Positions 29,071 through 42,812 of a stretch of DNA of 64,000 bases are shown in pieces. The translations under genes and the position numbers were made by a program. The notes under the pieces were generated by a model. The model did no database searches. It had not been told where the DNA came from and was given only the letters and a program-made list of their open reading frames with translations. The DNA comes from Octopus vulgaris (Eukaryota). Numbering within the stretch: the first letter of the stretch is position 1; every line of letters starts with the position of its first letter. The DNA lies in the NCBI GenBank assembly GCA_951406725.2, contig OX597836.1:33976001-34040000 (forward strand), written 5' to 3'.

Positions 29071-29476
29071 CGTGGCTGTGTGGTAAGAAGCCTGCTTCCC
29101 AACCACAGAGTTCCGGGTTCAGTCCCACTGCGTGGCACCTTGGGCAAGTTGTCTTCTACTATAGCCACGGTTCGTCCAACGCCTTGTGAGTGGATTTGCT
29201 TGACAGAAACTGAAAGAAGCCCCTCGTGTATATATATATATATATATTTTTTTTTTTCAGGATTAAATAGAAAGAAGACAACGAACGGAAAATATGATAC
29301 GTTCTTTTTAATTATATATATATATACTTTTATTCTTTTACTTGTTTCAGTCTTTCGACTTCGGCCATGCTGGAGCACTGCCTTTAGTCGAGCAAATCGA
29401 CCCTAGTACTTATTCCATTGGCATCTAACACACCAACATCGTTTGTCAAGCGATGTTGGGAGAACAGACACAAAAA

Positions 29477-29530
<54 letters not shown>

Positions 29531-30228
29531 AACATATATATACGAGAGGCTTCTTTCAGTTTCCGTCTACCAAATCCACTCACAAGGCTTTGATCGGCCC
29601 GAGGCTATAGTAGAAGATACTTGCCCAAGGTGCCACGCAGTGGGACTGAACACGGAACCATGTGGTTGGTAAGCAAGCTACTTATCACACAGCCACCCCT
29701 GCGCCTATATATATATATATAATTTTAAAAAATGTGTAGTAAGTAAACATAATTTTTTTCGGAAAGTTCTGGGCATTTATGAATATGCAGAAAGGGATAT
29801 ACTTCATGAACCGTGCTGTTAGAAATGTCTAACTCCTCTACAGGTTCTCTAGACGTGTTATTTCAGTTTTCTTCGATTTTTGCCTTCAAAATATTTTTTT
29901 CTATTACTTGTTTCAGTCATTTGACTGCAGCCATGCTGGAGCACCACCTTGAAAGGTTTCAGTCGGGCATTTTGGCTTTGGCCCCAGAATTTATTTTTAA
30001 ACCCAGTACTCACTCTATCGGTCTCTTTACCGAAGCGCTAAGTTACTGGAACGTAAACACACCAACACCGGTTGTCAAGCGATGATGGGCGGGGTACAAA
30101 CACAGACATAAAGATATGTCACACACACACAGATATATACACATACATATATAAATATACATACACACACACACACACATATATATACGTATATATACAA
30201 ATACATATACATATATACATATACACAC

Positions 30229-30260
<32 letters not shown>

Positions 30261-30272
30261 GTATATACCTAC

Positions 30273-30312
<40 letters not shown>

Positions 30313-30482
30313 GACTGGCTTCTTTCAGTTTCTGTCTACCAAATCCATTCACAAGACTTTGGTCGGATCGAGGCTGCAGGAGAAGATGCTCACCCAATGT
30401 GTGCCATGCCACGCAGTGGGATTAAACCCGGAACTGTGTGGTTGGGAAGCAAGCTTCTTATCACACCGCCACGCATGCGTCT
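29070..30482. mobile_element. Cluster of SINE family A copies (29070-29228 +, 29330-29705 -, 29905-30482 -)
   Basis: Head and tail motifs shared with the other family A copies. Confidence 0.8.
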
Positions 30483-31206
30483 ACATGTCCAAAGCGTTTA
30501 TAGAAAGAGGCACGAGATAATACCTTTAAAAAAATGTTTTTCGTAATTTTTCAGGTTAAGTCTCATATCTCGGCATCAATTACCAACGTAAGTTAAAGTA
30601 CGCCTGTATATTCTCATTGGTTTCTTCAGCCCTTCTTAATTCTGGTTGTCTATTACATAATCTTATCTTATTTTACTAAGTGAAGCCATTAAATTCGACA
30701 AGACCTGGAGGGCAGAAAGGCCGAAACCTTGCTAAGTTATCTAAGGTTTGTTTTGTTTTACAAGTTATTTGCGTATGTGTTGTATGAGTATAATGTATCG
30801 TATGTGTAGCTATTCATTTAGGAGTCAATCCATCTCCATTTGTGGAATGGGGAGATACACGCGTCGTCGGTGCTGTGTATATTTATTGTGTAAGTTGAAA
30901 GATAAAGATATGGTGTACTGCGGGCATATCTTCCGAGTGCATAGTTCAGACAGGAAAGGGTTGGTTACACATACACACACACACACACATATATTTAATT
31001 ATACACGCACAAACACACACACGCACACACATACACACATACACACACACACACACACACACAGACACAGACACGCACACACACACGCACGCACACGCAC
31101 GAACACACGCACGCAACACACACACGGAGTTGCTATGTGAACTTTTTCTTTTTCTTCTCTCTCTTCTTTATATATATATATATATATATATGTACCTCTC
31201 TTTCTC

Positions 31207-31262
<56 letters not shown>

Positions 31263-31263
<1 letters not shown>

Positions 31264-31658
31264 CTTTATATATAAAAGTGAGGTTGTGTGCTGTCTGTCT
31301 CCTACGATTTAGATTCCTAACTACTCCCACATTTTGCGGTGCAGTTTAACCAAAACCGGGTATCTTATAGTCGTGATTCATATAGAGCCCTTCTGGGTAT
31401 TAGCCCGCGTCTACGATGAGTCTACGATTTAAAAAAAAAATTACCATCAATTTTTCCCATTTTTAATGCATTTTGGCATATATAAGGGAAGTAACTATCT
31501 AAAAATTTATTATTAAATCTCAGAACGTAAAAAGTTACAGTAACACCCCCCCCTTTGTGGTTAGCCATATTGAGATGGCTATTATACTTTACATCTCTAA
31601 AAATGCTTATATAGTTATTTCCCTTACAAACCCGAGCAACGCCGGGCGATACTGCTAG
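31263..31658 (+). mobile_element. Non-autonomous Helitron
   Basis: A|TC 5' end; CCCGAGCAACGCCGGG hairpin ~8 nt before CTAG|T 3' end; no TSD; homologous to 59144-59655. Confidence 0.8.
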
Positions 31659-31944
31659 TATATATATATATGGAATAGTGGAATAAAGAGAGAGAGAGGT
31701 AGAGAATGAGGATCTCACATGATGAAGGAGATATAGATAGAAATATAGACGCAGTAAAGTATGGTTCTGAAGGGAGGAAGTCTTCGAATTTTTCTTTCCA
31801 AAAGGTTTTTTAACCCAATATTTACATGCTGCTGTTTATAGCTTTATCTGCTTCAGGTTAAACCGTTCCAAAAGGTGGAAAAAATATTATTCCTTGTTCT
31901 CTGGAAGTTTCTAGAACTCATTCTATCTGTCTCTTTTGCCGAAC

Positions 31945-32512
31945 ACAGAGGTGACAAACAAGGACAGACAAACGGATTAAGTCTATTACATCGACACTAG
32001 TGCGTAACTGGTGCTCATTTAATCGACACCGAAAGGATGAAAGGCAAAGTCGACCTCGACGGAATTTGAATTCAGAATGTAGCGGCGGACGAAATACCTA
32101 TTTCCTTACTGCCCACAAGGGGATAAACACAGAGAGGACAAACAAGGACAGACAAACGGATAAAGTCGATTATATCGACCCCAGTGCGTAACTGGTACTT
32201 ATTTAATCGACCCCGAAAGAATGAAAGCAAAGTCGACCACGGCAGAATTTGAACTCAGAACGTAGTGGTAGACGAAATACCTATTTCTTTATTACCCACA
32301 AGGGGCTAAACATAGAGGGGACAAACATGGACAGACATAGGTATTAAGTCGATTATATCGACCCCAGTGCGTAACTGGTACTTAATTTATCGACCCCGAA
32401 AGGATGAAAGGCAAAATCGACCTCGGCGGAATTTGAACTCGGAACGTAAAGACAGACGAAATGCCGCTACGCATTTCGCCCGGCGTGCTAACGTTTCTGC
32501 CAGCTCGCCACC
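31945..32512 (-). mobile_element. SINE family B multimer
   Basis: Three internal units plus head. Confidence 0.8.
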
Positions 32513-32550
32513 TTCCACAGAGATTGTTTGTGGTCACTTTTGGGTAACCC

Positions 32551-32858
32551 ACACGTATATGAATGTCATCCTAGTTAAATGTTTCTTTGTAGCCATTTTA
32601 TAAAACTGATAGTCTGCCCAAACTTATGAAAGTCTTCGCGAAGTATACACATGTACGAAAGACATTCTAGTTATATATTACTTGTTACCCATTTCATAAT
32701 GATCTGCGGAACGTTGTGAAAGTCTTTACAATGCATAGACATATGCGAAAGGCATCCTAGTTATGTTACTTTTTAACCATTTTATAAAACTAATAATTTG
32801 CTCAACCTTGTGAAAGTCTCCACGAAATATACACGTATATAAATGACATCCTAGTTAT
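32551..32858. repeat. Diverged tandem repeat, ~3.3 x 90-96 bp
   Basis: CATYCTAGTTA at 32567, 32663, 32753 and 32847; TGAAAGTCT in each unit. Confidence 0.75.
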
Positions 32859-33094
32859 ATCCTTCTTCCATTATTCAAACACAGCTGTGCAAGTACTCCA
32901 AGCGACCCGAGCCCTACCCTGAACTACTTAAAAACCTATCTCCAAACAAATTAGACTCGAAAACACACAGCAGCTTGCAAAGCCACCAACTCTTTTCTTA
33001 TGAGTAACATCAAACGAGATCAAACACAACCGAAACATCACTTTAAAAGTAACATAAACATAGCTCACACGCACGTACACACGTAGAAGACAAC

Positions 33095-33151
<57 letters not shown>

Positions 33152-33437
33152 GTAATAATAAAAACAGAAATAATGTTAGGAATAACATACAAACATACCA
33201 ATAACATTCGTAGTACATATTGCAAGAGACAGACAACCCAGTAAAGCTGTAAAACTATGCATAACTATGCATAAAACTTACTTAGAGCAACGACAGCAAA
33301 GCTGAGAGGTGTTAAGGGGTTCGATTTGCGGCGCAGTAACTAACGTTCTTCTGGATTCGATAACTATTGTCTGAGACAAAGTGAGTTATTTTGAGTGCTT
33401 TAGCGATTTTCTTCAATTCTTTGGCCAAAACTTTGTA

Positions 33438-33480
<43 letters not shown>

Positions 33481-33483
<3 letters not shown>

Positions 33484-33675
33484 CTAGCTTCTGCACGCAT
33501 TTTTTCTCTCCTTGTTTCTCTCCTTGTTTCTTTTCTGTGTATCTTTCTGTTGAAGAGCGTAGGCTCGAAACGTAAAAGACTTGTTTTATTTATATTCCTG
33601 AGCGCCATACTAATACAATTGTTTGTTTGTACTCCACCTGCCTTCGTCTTTTGTTTATTTTCATAAAGCTTCCCG

Positions 33676-33678
<3 letters not shown>
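33481..33678 (+). mobile_element. ~200-bp HHR-like element in (TA)n (motif 33543-33578)
   Basis: CTTT-CTGTTGA-A-GAGC GTAG GCTC-GAAAC GTA-AAAG; relatives at 42735-42900, 42967-43110, 51612-51807(-) and 61595-61815. Confidence 0.7.
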
Positions 33679-33728
<50 letters not shown>

Positions 33729-33730
<2 letters not shown>

Positions 33731-34256
33731 GGTTTAAGAGACAGAATCACCCTCAAGCAACTCAATCATCATTGAATGACATTATCCACAATAGGTACAT
33801 ATAGGACTAAATATTAAAATTATCAAAATTAATACCTACAATAGGATTTAAATAGCAAAATAAGTTCATATATGCTAGTCCTGAAGATTGGCAATATAAT
33901 CGTTTTAATATGGTGTTGTATTTAGATACATTCTATTTCAACAATATCAAGGAATATGTTGTCATGAAACGCGCGTAGTAAAGTATATGATTTGAAATAA
34001 GAATTGAAGGTATTAATTTTGATAATTTGGAATAAGAATTGTAGGTATTAATTTTTATAATTTTAATATAGTCCTATATCTACCTATTGTGGATAATGTC
34101 ATTCAATGATGATTGAGATGCTTGAGGGTGATTATGTCTCTTAAACCTATCTATATATATATGTATATAATACCGTGAGTAATTCATTTTAGTACCACTA
34201 AATTGAACTTCTCTCCCCTGTGGACTCGGAAATCACTTCCCTAATATTAATATTAA

Positions 34257-34258
<2 letters not shown>
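33729..34258 (+). mobile_element. PLE-type fold-back element with central hammerhead (33881-33977)
   Basis: Arms 33729-33841 and 34039-34149; CTGAAGA-T-TGGCAA...TTGTCA-T-GAAAC GCGC GTA; one-sided tail; (TA)n flanks. Confidence 0.7.
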
Positions 34259-34315
<57 letters not shown>

Positions 34316-34319
34316 CAGA

Positions 34320-34662
34320 CAAAATAGAGTGATAAAAACTACAGAAGGGTTGTGTTATATGGTTAAAGAATATATTTAAATTGTTATATTAGAAAAATGT
34401 TATAAAATTTTACGTATCGTAAAAATTGTTTTTGGAGAAATTACTACAGTCCCAGTTCTCGTGATAGCTCAGTTGGTAGAGCGGAGGATTGCAGCAATTT
34501 TTCCGAAAACAATGTTACGATGCGTAAAATTTTATAACAGTTTTCTAACATAACGATTTAAATACATTTTTTAACCATATAACACAAGCCTTCTGTAGTT
34601 TTTTCACTCTATTTTGCTTTTTATACATCCAACTACGCGCTTTCACATACTGACTCTCTCAC
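34320..34662 (+). mobile_element. Fold-back element containing a tRNA-Tyr 5' half
   Basis: Arms ~34320-34452 and 34486-34616; loop GATAGCTCAGTTGGTAGAGCGGA; one-sided tail. Confidence 0.7.
34458..34494 (+). pseudogene. tRNA-Tyr(GTA) 5'-half pseudogene
   Basis: GATAGCTCAGTTGGTAGAGCGGAGGATTGCAG; the inverted arm preserves GGACTGTAG; no T-arm or B-box. Confidence 0.65.
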
Positions 34663-35718
34663 CTATATATATGTTTGTCCTCTCTGTGTTTAGCCCCTTG
34701 TGGGGAGTAAAGAAGTTAGGTATTTCGTCCGTCTTTACGTTCTGTGTTCAGTCGCGTACTGGGGTCGACAGGTTCCCCTTCCCAAAAATTTCGGGCCTTG
34801 TGCCTAGAATAGAAAAGAATAAATATACGTCATTGCGTAACAGCCAAATCGTATGATAGTTCTATGAGAGCGTTTAATAGGCAGAGTCTATGGTAATTCT
34901 AAGGTTAGCCAAATCAGATTATATTTCTTTGAAGTTGTTTAAAAGCCAGAAATAATTATAAGTCTATAACGCAGTTTAATTATCAAAGCTGATCGTAATC
35001 ATTAGACATTATTTCATAGACGGAAGCGATGATAATTTTCTAATAATAGTTTTTCGTTTTAATAACCAAATCTAAATTGATACCCTAACGCAGTGTTCTG
35101 CAATCGGTATGCTGCGGCACACTGGTGTGCCACTAGACGATGCTGGGTGTGTCGCAGTGTAACATGAATGTAATTATGTAATATTTTTCCCTATACTTTT
35201 AGTTATAATTTGTGCTGCCGAATTTTGAAAAGAATGTGTTTACCGCAAGTTGCGGGGCAATGCCCCTGACGGTTGTTCCGTTCGATATCCACTTCGGGCC
35301 TCTGGGATACGCATCCTTTGTGCTGCCAAGCCAAGCCTCCCGGAACAAGTAGTAGGCTTATTTCTGGTTGTAACAGTATCGGTTGGAGACTACAATATAT
35401 TTTCCGAATACCACCACCACGACCACCACCACAACGACGACGACGACGACCACCACCACCACCACCACAACTACCACCACCACCACAACAACAACTGCCA
35501 CCGCCGCCACCACCACCACCACCGCCACCACCACCTAGAAACTGCAGTCCGTGCGTATCACTTAGGTTGACGAGGGAAGGGTGACCTCCCTTTGCAAGTA
35601 CCATAAGGGCACAGAAAGTGTGCCTAAAGCCAGCTGGAGACGATGTTCTCCTGGGGCTACAAGCTACAGTAACACCCACCCTTAGTGGTTAGCCATATTG
35701 GAGATGGCAAGTGTGCCT

Positions 35719-35821
<103 letters not shown>

Positions 35822-35822
35822 A

Positions 35823-35876
<54 letters not shown>

Positions 35877-36570
35877 CATATATATGATCTTATTCAGTAT
35901 ATTTTCGTCTCAGATTCACACACTTATTGCAGCAGTCCTTCAATTTTCCTAAACCCTGTAAAAGAACCCGGAAGTTTGGGCCACAAACCGCGGCCCTTTT
36001 CCTGCGACACCCTCAAACCCAGGTGCTTTTTAGCACATCATAGTTAATAGCCAGAGCGTTAGTAAATCAAAGACAATGTTTAATAGATAGAGACGAAGGT
36101 ACTTAATTATATTTAGACTGTTTAATAAACAAGAACTGATAATGATTTCATGACACAAGTTTAATAGCCAAAAAGTTTGTTTATTGACCAGAACAAATGA
36201 CGATTCGAAGGAATTTAAACAGAGAGTAGTAACAGTGACTAATAATTCTTCCTAATTGTGCGCTTCTAATTATACTTTGTTAATTGTTCTCAATGACCCA
36301 ATGAGAGCTCATCAGTTAGTCTGTTTCAATGGCTTGGTTACGTTCTTACCGTAAAACTGGTATTTAACTGCCGACGTGTGTAGACGGAGAGCTTGTATAA
36401 GTGTATGTATGCTAGTGTGCGCGTGCATTTGCGTAGGTGTGCGTGTGCGTGTGTGTGTGTGCGGTGGGGTAACGGTGGCGTAGGCGTGGATGTATTAGTG
36501 TACGTGTGTGGGTATGATTCCATAGGTGTATGTGTAGGCAGGCGCACAAATACACACACGCATATGTATA

Positions 36571-36630
<60 letters not shown>

Positions 36631-37487
36631 TATATATGTATACATATACACACGCACATATATATATACACACATGCATATATATACATATACACATACA
36701 TACACACACACATATATATATATATACACATACATACATACATACATATATATATATTGGGTGGCTGTGTATGTATGTGTGTGTGTGGGTGGTGGTGCCT
36801 AGATACAAATACAAGTACATACATACAAGCCGCAAGCCACATACATAAAAAGCCACAAACACATACACATATACAAACTCATTATTCATACAGTCAGACA
36901 AACTTATACATACACGCATACATACGTTCATATATATATATATATATATGTATACATACGTTCATATATGTATATATATATATATATATACGCACGCGCG
37001 CGCGCGCACGTATATATATATATATACGCACGCGCGCGCGCGCGCACACACATACACACACTTAATTTGCCGCTAAGTATGTGTACGCAAATATAGTGTC
37101 TATATCTGTAAATGTGCAAGCATGTATATATATGCATATGTGCATTGACTTGTGTGTGTGTGTGTGTATTTATGTATGTATAAATAAACGAATGTGTGTA
37201 TATATATATATATGTATGTATGCATATAAATATATATATATATATATGTATGTAAGCATATAAATATATATATATATATATGTATGTAAGCATATAAATA
37301 TATATATATATATATGTAAGCATATGAACATATATATATGTATATATGTATATATGTATATATATATATGTATATATGAATATGTATGTATATATATATA
37401 TATATATGTATATACATATAAACACTGATACACACACACACAAGCACATACATACAAACGCAAACACACACACACGCACAGACATAT

Positions 37488-37581
<94 letters not shown>

Positions 37582-37699
37582 ACGTGTATCTGTGCGCGAG
37601 AATAAAACATCCACTAACAATTAACACGTTTCGGCAAGTCTTTCATGTTATCTCAACGAAATTCTGTTGTGTGGGATTTTCGCTTTCTTTTTCTTCTCA

Positions 37700-37731
<32 letters not shown>

Positions 37732-38143
37732 ACCCTCTCTGCCTCTCTTTCTCTCTCGTTCTCTGTTAGTCTACATGTGTATGTAGCAGTGTCTGAGTTT
37801 CGTGAGAATCTGTATAGATTTGTATGATGTAAACTGCACATATATGCACACGCTCGCACTCACTCACTCACAAGACAGACAAATATATATATATTCTTTT
37901 ATTTGTTTCTATATGGTATAATTAAATTATGCATATACGCATATACTCACACACGCACATATATGTGTATATATATATACACGCACATACACATTCAGTA
38001 TGACTCTTGGCATTTGAGGTGTATGTTGGCATGTTGTACGCCGTGAAACTTTAAGTAATGTTGAGCTGAGCCAACACGTTTTTACGTAATACTCCCATCC
38101 TACCACCAGATTTGTTGTATTTTACTTAATTCCGTTTTCTGTC

Positions 38144-38194
<51 letters not shown>

Positions 38195-38293
38195 AAAGAA
38201 AATGGAATTATATTATATATTTATTATATTATTTATTTATCATTCATTTTATACGTTTTGAGATCTAGTTATAAGTTATATATTTTTAAAAAA

Positions 38294-38368
<75 letters not shown>

Positions 38369-38892
38369 GCTAACCGGCCTTAGCAAACATATTTGGTCTG
38401 TTTTGCTAGAAAGAGGTAGAAACTGATATCAGTCCGGGATGTATCGTTATTGGTAAATGTTTTTGATTTTCAGTCTCGATAAATTTATCCCTTTTTTGTG
38501 TCCCCAGCACTTGGCATCCTTATTTAGGAGCCCTTAATTATATTTCTACATGAATAATATTTTTCTATATGAATAATATTTTGTCTAATGACTAATTCGT
38601 CCTTTGTGCTGGGCCACTGGTAGTAATCTATGTTATTACCCTTTTGATTATATTCATATATATATATATATATTACAATGATATTACAATATTACAACTA
38701 TATTAGAATTGTATTACAATAATATTGCTACTGAGTGTTACGAATATATTACATGAATATTACAACTGTATTATAGTATTACAAAATTATAATAATATTA
38801 CATCACTATTACAATAATAATAATATCATAATAATACTGTGTCCATGTTACACCATTATTACGATCTTACAAAAATATTTACATCAATATGT

Positions 38893-39482
38893 AAGGTGGC
38901 GAGCTGGCAGAAACATTAGCACACCGGGTGAAATGCTTAGCAGCATTTCGTCTGCCGTTACGTTCTGAGTTCAAATTCCGCCGAGGTCGACTTTGCCTTT
39001 CATCCTTTCGGGATCGATAAATTAAGTACCAGTTACGGACTGGGGTCGATTTAATCCATTCGTCTGTCCTTATTTGACCCCTCTGTGTTTAGCCCCTTGT
39101 GGGCAGTAAAGAAATAGGTATTTCGTCTGATGTTACGTTCTGAGTTCAAATTCTGCAGAGGTCGACTTTGCTTAAATAAGTACCAGTTACGCACTGGTGT
39201 CAATACAATCGACTTAATCCGTTTGTCTGTCCTTGTTTGTCCCCTCTGTGTTTAGCCCCTAGTGGGTAGTAAAGAAATAGGTATTTCGTCTGCTGCTACG
39301 TTCTGAGTTCAAATTCCACTGAGGTCGACTTTGCTTTTTATCCTTTCGGGGTCGATAAATTAAGTACCAGTCACGCACTGGTGTCGATATAATCGACTTA
39401 ATCCGTTTGTCTGTCCTTGTTTGTCCTCTCTGTGTTTAGCCCCTTGTAGGTAATAAAGAAATAGGTATTTCGTCTGCCGTTA
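38893..39482 (+). mobile_element. SINE family B multimer
   Basis: Head plus three internal units. Confidence 0.85.
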
Positions 39483-40134
39483 CAACATTAAAAACAACAA
39501 CAACCGAAAGAAAAATAAACAAACCAACAATAAGCAACACTAAAATCGGATATATAAAAGGAAAACTGAAGTTTTTGACGCTTTCCCACTGTTCATAAGG
39601 CAAAATTCAGACGGCCCCTTTTGACGTAAACCCACTTTTCTGCCCCGATCTTAAAAATATCCTGCAATAAACAAAACACTTTTGGTGACATTGCAGCTGT
39701 TTTTATGGGTTTACATCCTGTTTAACAGCTGGAACCTTCCTGGGCCTTACAGGTGGTAATGCCGTTGTAGGGTTTACATGATTGTGGTTGAGGTGATTGT
39801 GTTAGTAATGACGGTGGTGTCGGCGGTAAGTGTGGAGGGTTTTAGGGTGGTCACGGGGTGAAGGGCGTGATGCGCGTGAAGGTTGTTGATGGTGATGTTG
39901 GCAGTGGATGCGGTGGTTGTGAATATGGTAGGGTTTCTGGTAGAAGCAGCAGTGAAACAGGTGGAGGGTTAGCGGTGGTGGTGATGCTGGTGATGGTGTC
40001 AATACGGGCGGAGGTGGTGATGGAGGCCTTGTTGGTGGTGGTGGCAGTGTTGCTGATGGGGACAGTGGTGGTAGTGGTTGGTGATGTTAATGATGTAATT
40101 GTGTATCTATCTATCTATCTATCTATCTATCTAC

Positions 40135-40196
<62 letters not shown>

Positions 40197-40530
40197 CTGT
40201 CTCTGTCTCTCCAAGTCAATATCTCTCTGTCTTTCTTACAAAAAATCTAATGCTCTTAGCTTAGACTTTTGGGGGTAACTAGATCGAACAGTCTCAAGTG
40301 TAACTGTCCGAAACTGTAAGGACATCTAGTAACATGACAGACGAAAGATGGCAACGAATGGCCCGTCAATTTTTTCCTGTTCCTCTAATAGTTCTTTTTC
40401 CTGATCGCTTTCGTATCGTCTATCCGGATGTTTTATTGTCCTCTATTGCGTTTTTGTTCCCTTCATATGATTGTGTGTGTGTGTGTGTGTGCATATTTAT
40501 GTGTGTGTGTCTTTGTGTCTGTGTTTCTCG

Positions 40531-40958
40531 CCCCACCATCGCTTAGCAACCGATGTTGGTGTGTTTATGTCTCCGAAGGGGGGGGGCTAATCAATTATAT
40601 CGACCCCAGTGCGTAACTGGTACTTATTTCATCGACCCTCTTCCTTTCTCCTAAAACTTTCGGGCCCCACCATTGCTTGGTAACCGATGTTGGTGTGTTT
40701 ATGTCTCCGAAGGGGTGGAGCTAGTCAATTATATCGACCCCAGTGCGTAACTGGTACTTATTTCATCGACCCTCTTCCTTTCTCCAAAAAATTTCGGGCC
40801 CCACCATCGCTTGGCAACCCATGTTGGTGTCTTTATGTCTCCGAAGGGGGGCTAGTCAATTATATCGACCTCAGTGCGTAACTGGTACTTATTTCATCGA
40901 CCCTCTTCCCTTCTCCCAAAAATTTCGGGCCGTGTGCCTAGAGCGGAAAAGAATATAT
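40531..40958. repeat. 3 x 134-bp tandem repeat chimeric between SINE A and SINE B
   Basis: CCCCACCAT.GCTT.G.AACC at 40531, 40665 and 40799, each joined to ATCGACCCCAGTGCGTAACTGGTAC. Confidence 0.8.
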
Positions 40959-41174
40959 TCATGACCTTTTCAAAAACTTCCGATAATTTGTAATATGATA
41001 TTCTCTTCCTCAAATCACAACATTAAGGAATCTAAAATAAAACACACGAAATGTTCCAAGCCTTAATCAATATCACAAAAGCACAATGGCAAAACGTCTT
41101 GTCATCAATCTCTCTCGACTAGTGCTTCTCAAGGCTCTACTCTAGTTTTATATATTAATTATAATATATATAAT

Positions 41175-41551
41175 TCTTTTAATTGTTTCAGTCATTTGAC
41201 TGCGGCCATGCTAGAGCACCGCCTTTAGTCGAGCAAATCGACCCCGGGACTTATTCTTTGTAAGCCCAGTACTTATTCTATCGGTCTCTTTTTGCCGAAC
41301 CGCCAAGTGACGGGGACATAAACACACCAGCATCGGTTGTCAAGCAATGCTAGGGACAAACACACACGCATACATATATATATACATATATACGACAGTC
41401 TTCTTTCAGTTTCCGTCTACCAAATCCACTCACAAGGCATTGGTCGGCCCGGGGCTATAGCAGAAGACACTTGCCCAAGATGCCACGCAGTGGGATTGAA
41501 CCCGGCACCATGTGGTTGGTTAGCAAGCTACTTACCACACAGCCACTCCCG
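41175..41551 (-). mobile_element. SINE family A, near full length
   Basis: Complete head, microsatellite spacer and tail. Confidence 0.85.
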
Positions 41552-41592
41552 ATAATATAATATATATATGAAAAAATTAATTTTTATTTTTA

Positions 41593-41642
<50 letters not shown>

Positions 41643-41916
41643 AAATAAATTTTTTTTTTAATTTTTAAAAATTTTAACTTTAAAGTTAAATAATTTAAAT
41701 TTTGAATTTTATATTTTATATATTTTGTATATTATATTAATTAATTTTACTGTTTTGGTTTATGTTTTTCACTGTTTGATTTGCCTAATAGTGGTTTTAT
41801 CTCTAATTTAATATATATATATACCCTCCTTCTTCCCTTCTTTCCTGAGCGTCCAATAATACTTTATTTGTTCCACATCCTTGCGTTGTTGTCTTTTTGT
41901 TTTCTTGTTTGGATTA

Positions 41917-41967
<51 letters not shown>

Positions 41968-42374
41968 ATGTATATATATAAATAATATTATATATATATA
42001 TATTATTATATATATAAGGCTCTACTCCGTTTTATATATTAATTATATTTTTTATCTTTTAACTTCTATTTTTAACTTGTTGCAATCACTGGGCTATGGC
42101 CAGGTTACAGCACTTTCCTTGAAGGGTTTTAGTCTAACAATTCGATCCCAGAGTAAGTTTTAGAATGGTACTTAAACAAACCAAGTGACTGTCAAGCGGT
42201 GGTTGGGCAAACACAAATACAGAGGCTCACACATATACGTATGTACGTACATACATACATACATACATACATACATACATACATACATACATGCGTTAGT
42301 GTGTATGTGTATGTTTGTGCGTGTGTACTAGGATGTGGATTTGGGTTAAAGGAAATGCATGAAGACCAGTTAAT

Positions 42375-42520
42375 TATGATTTTATTCAACATATTCTCCT
42401 CTTAAATTTACGCCCTTATTGCAACGGTCCTTCAGTTTTTCTAAGCTCTTTAAAAGACCTCGAAAGTTTAGGCCACCAACCAGGTCCTTCACGATACTCT
42501 TATAACCAGGAGCTTTTCAG
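42375..42520 (-). mobile_element. mariner C-terminal fragment
   Basis: Minus strand ends ...KGVNLRGEYVE*, the typical mariner C-terminus. Confidence 0.55.
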
Positions 42521-42776
42521 TACCCTCTCATGCATGCCCTCTCATACATACATACATGCATACATACATACATACATACATACATACATACATACATACA
42601 TACATACATACATACATACATGCATGCATGCATGCATACATACATACAAACATACATACATACATACATACATACATACATACATACATACATACATACA
42701 TACATACATACATGCATGCATACATACATATACCGCTAGCTACTGAAGCTTTATTTATTCTCTGTTTCTCGTGTTC

Positions 42777-42812
42777 CTTTCTGTTGAAGAGCGTAGGCTT
42801 GAAACGTAAAAG
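42777..42812 (+). ncRNA. HHR-like motif, CUGUUGA core
   Basis: CTTT-CTGTTGA-A-GAGC GTAG GCTT-GAAAC GTA-AAAG. Confidence 0.6.

Noticed and set aside
34458-34494. Functional tRNA gene
   Set aside because: Only the 5' half is present; no T-arm, B-box or 3' acceptor strand.
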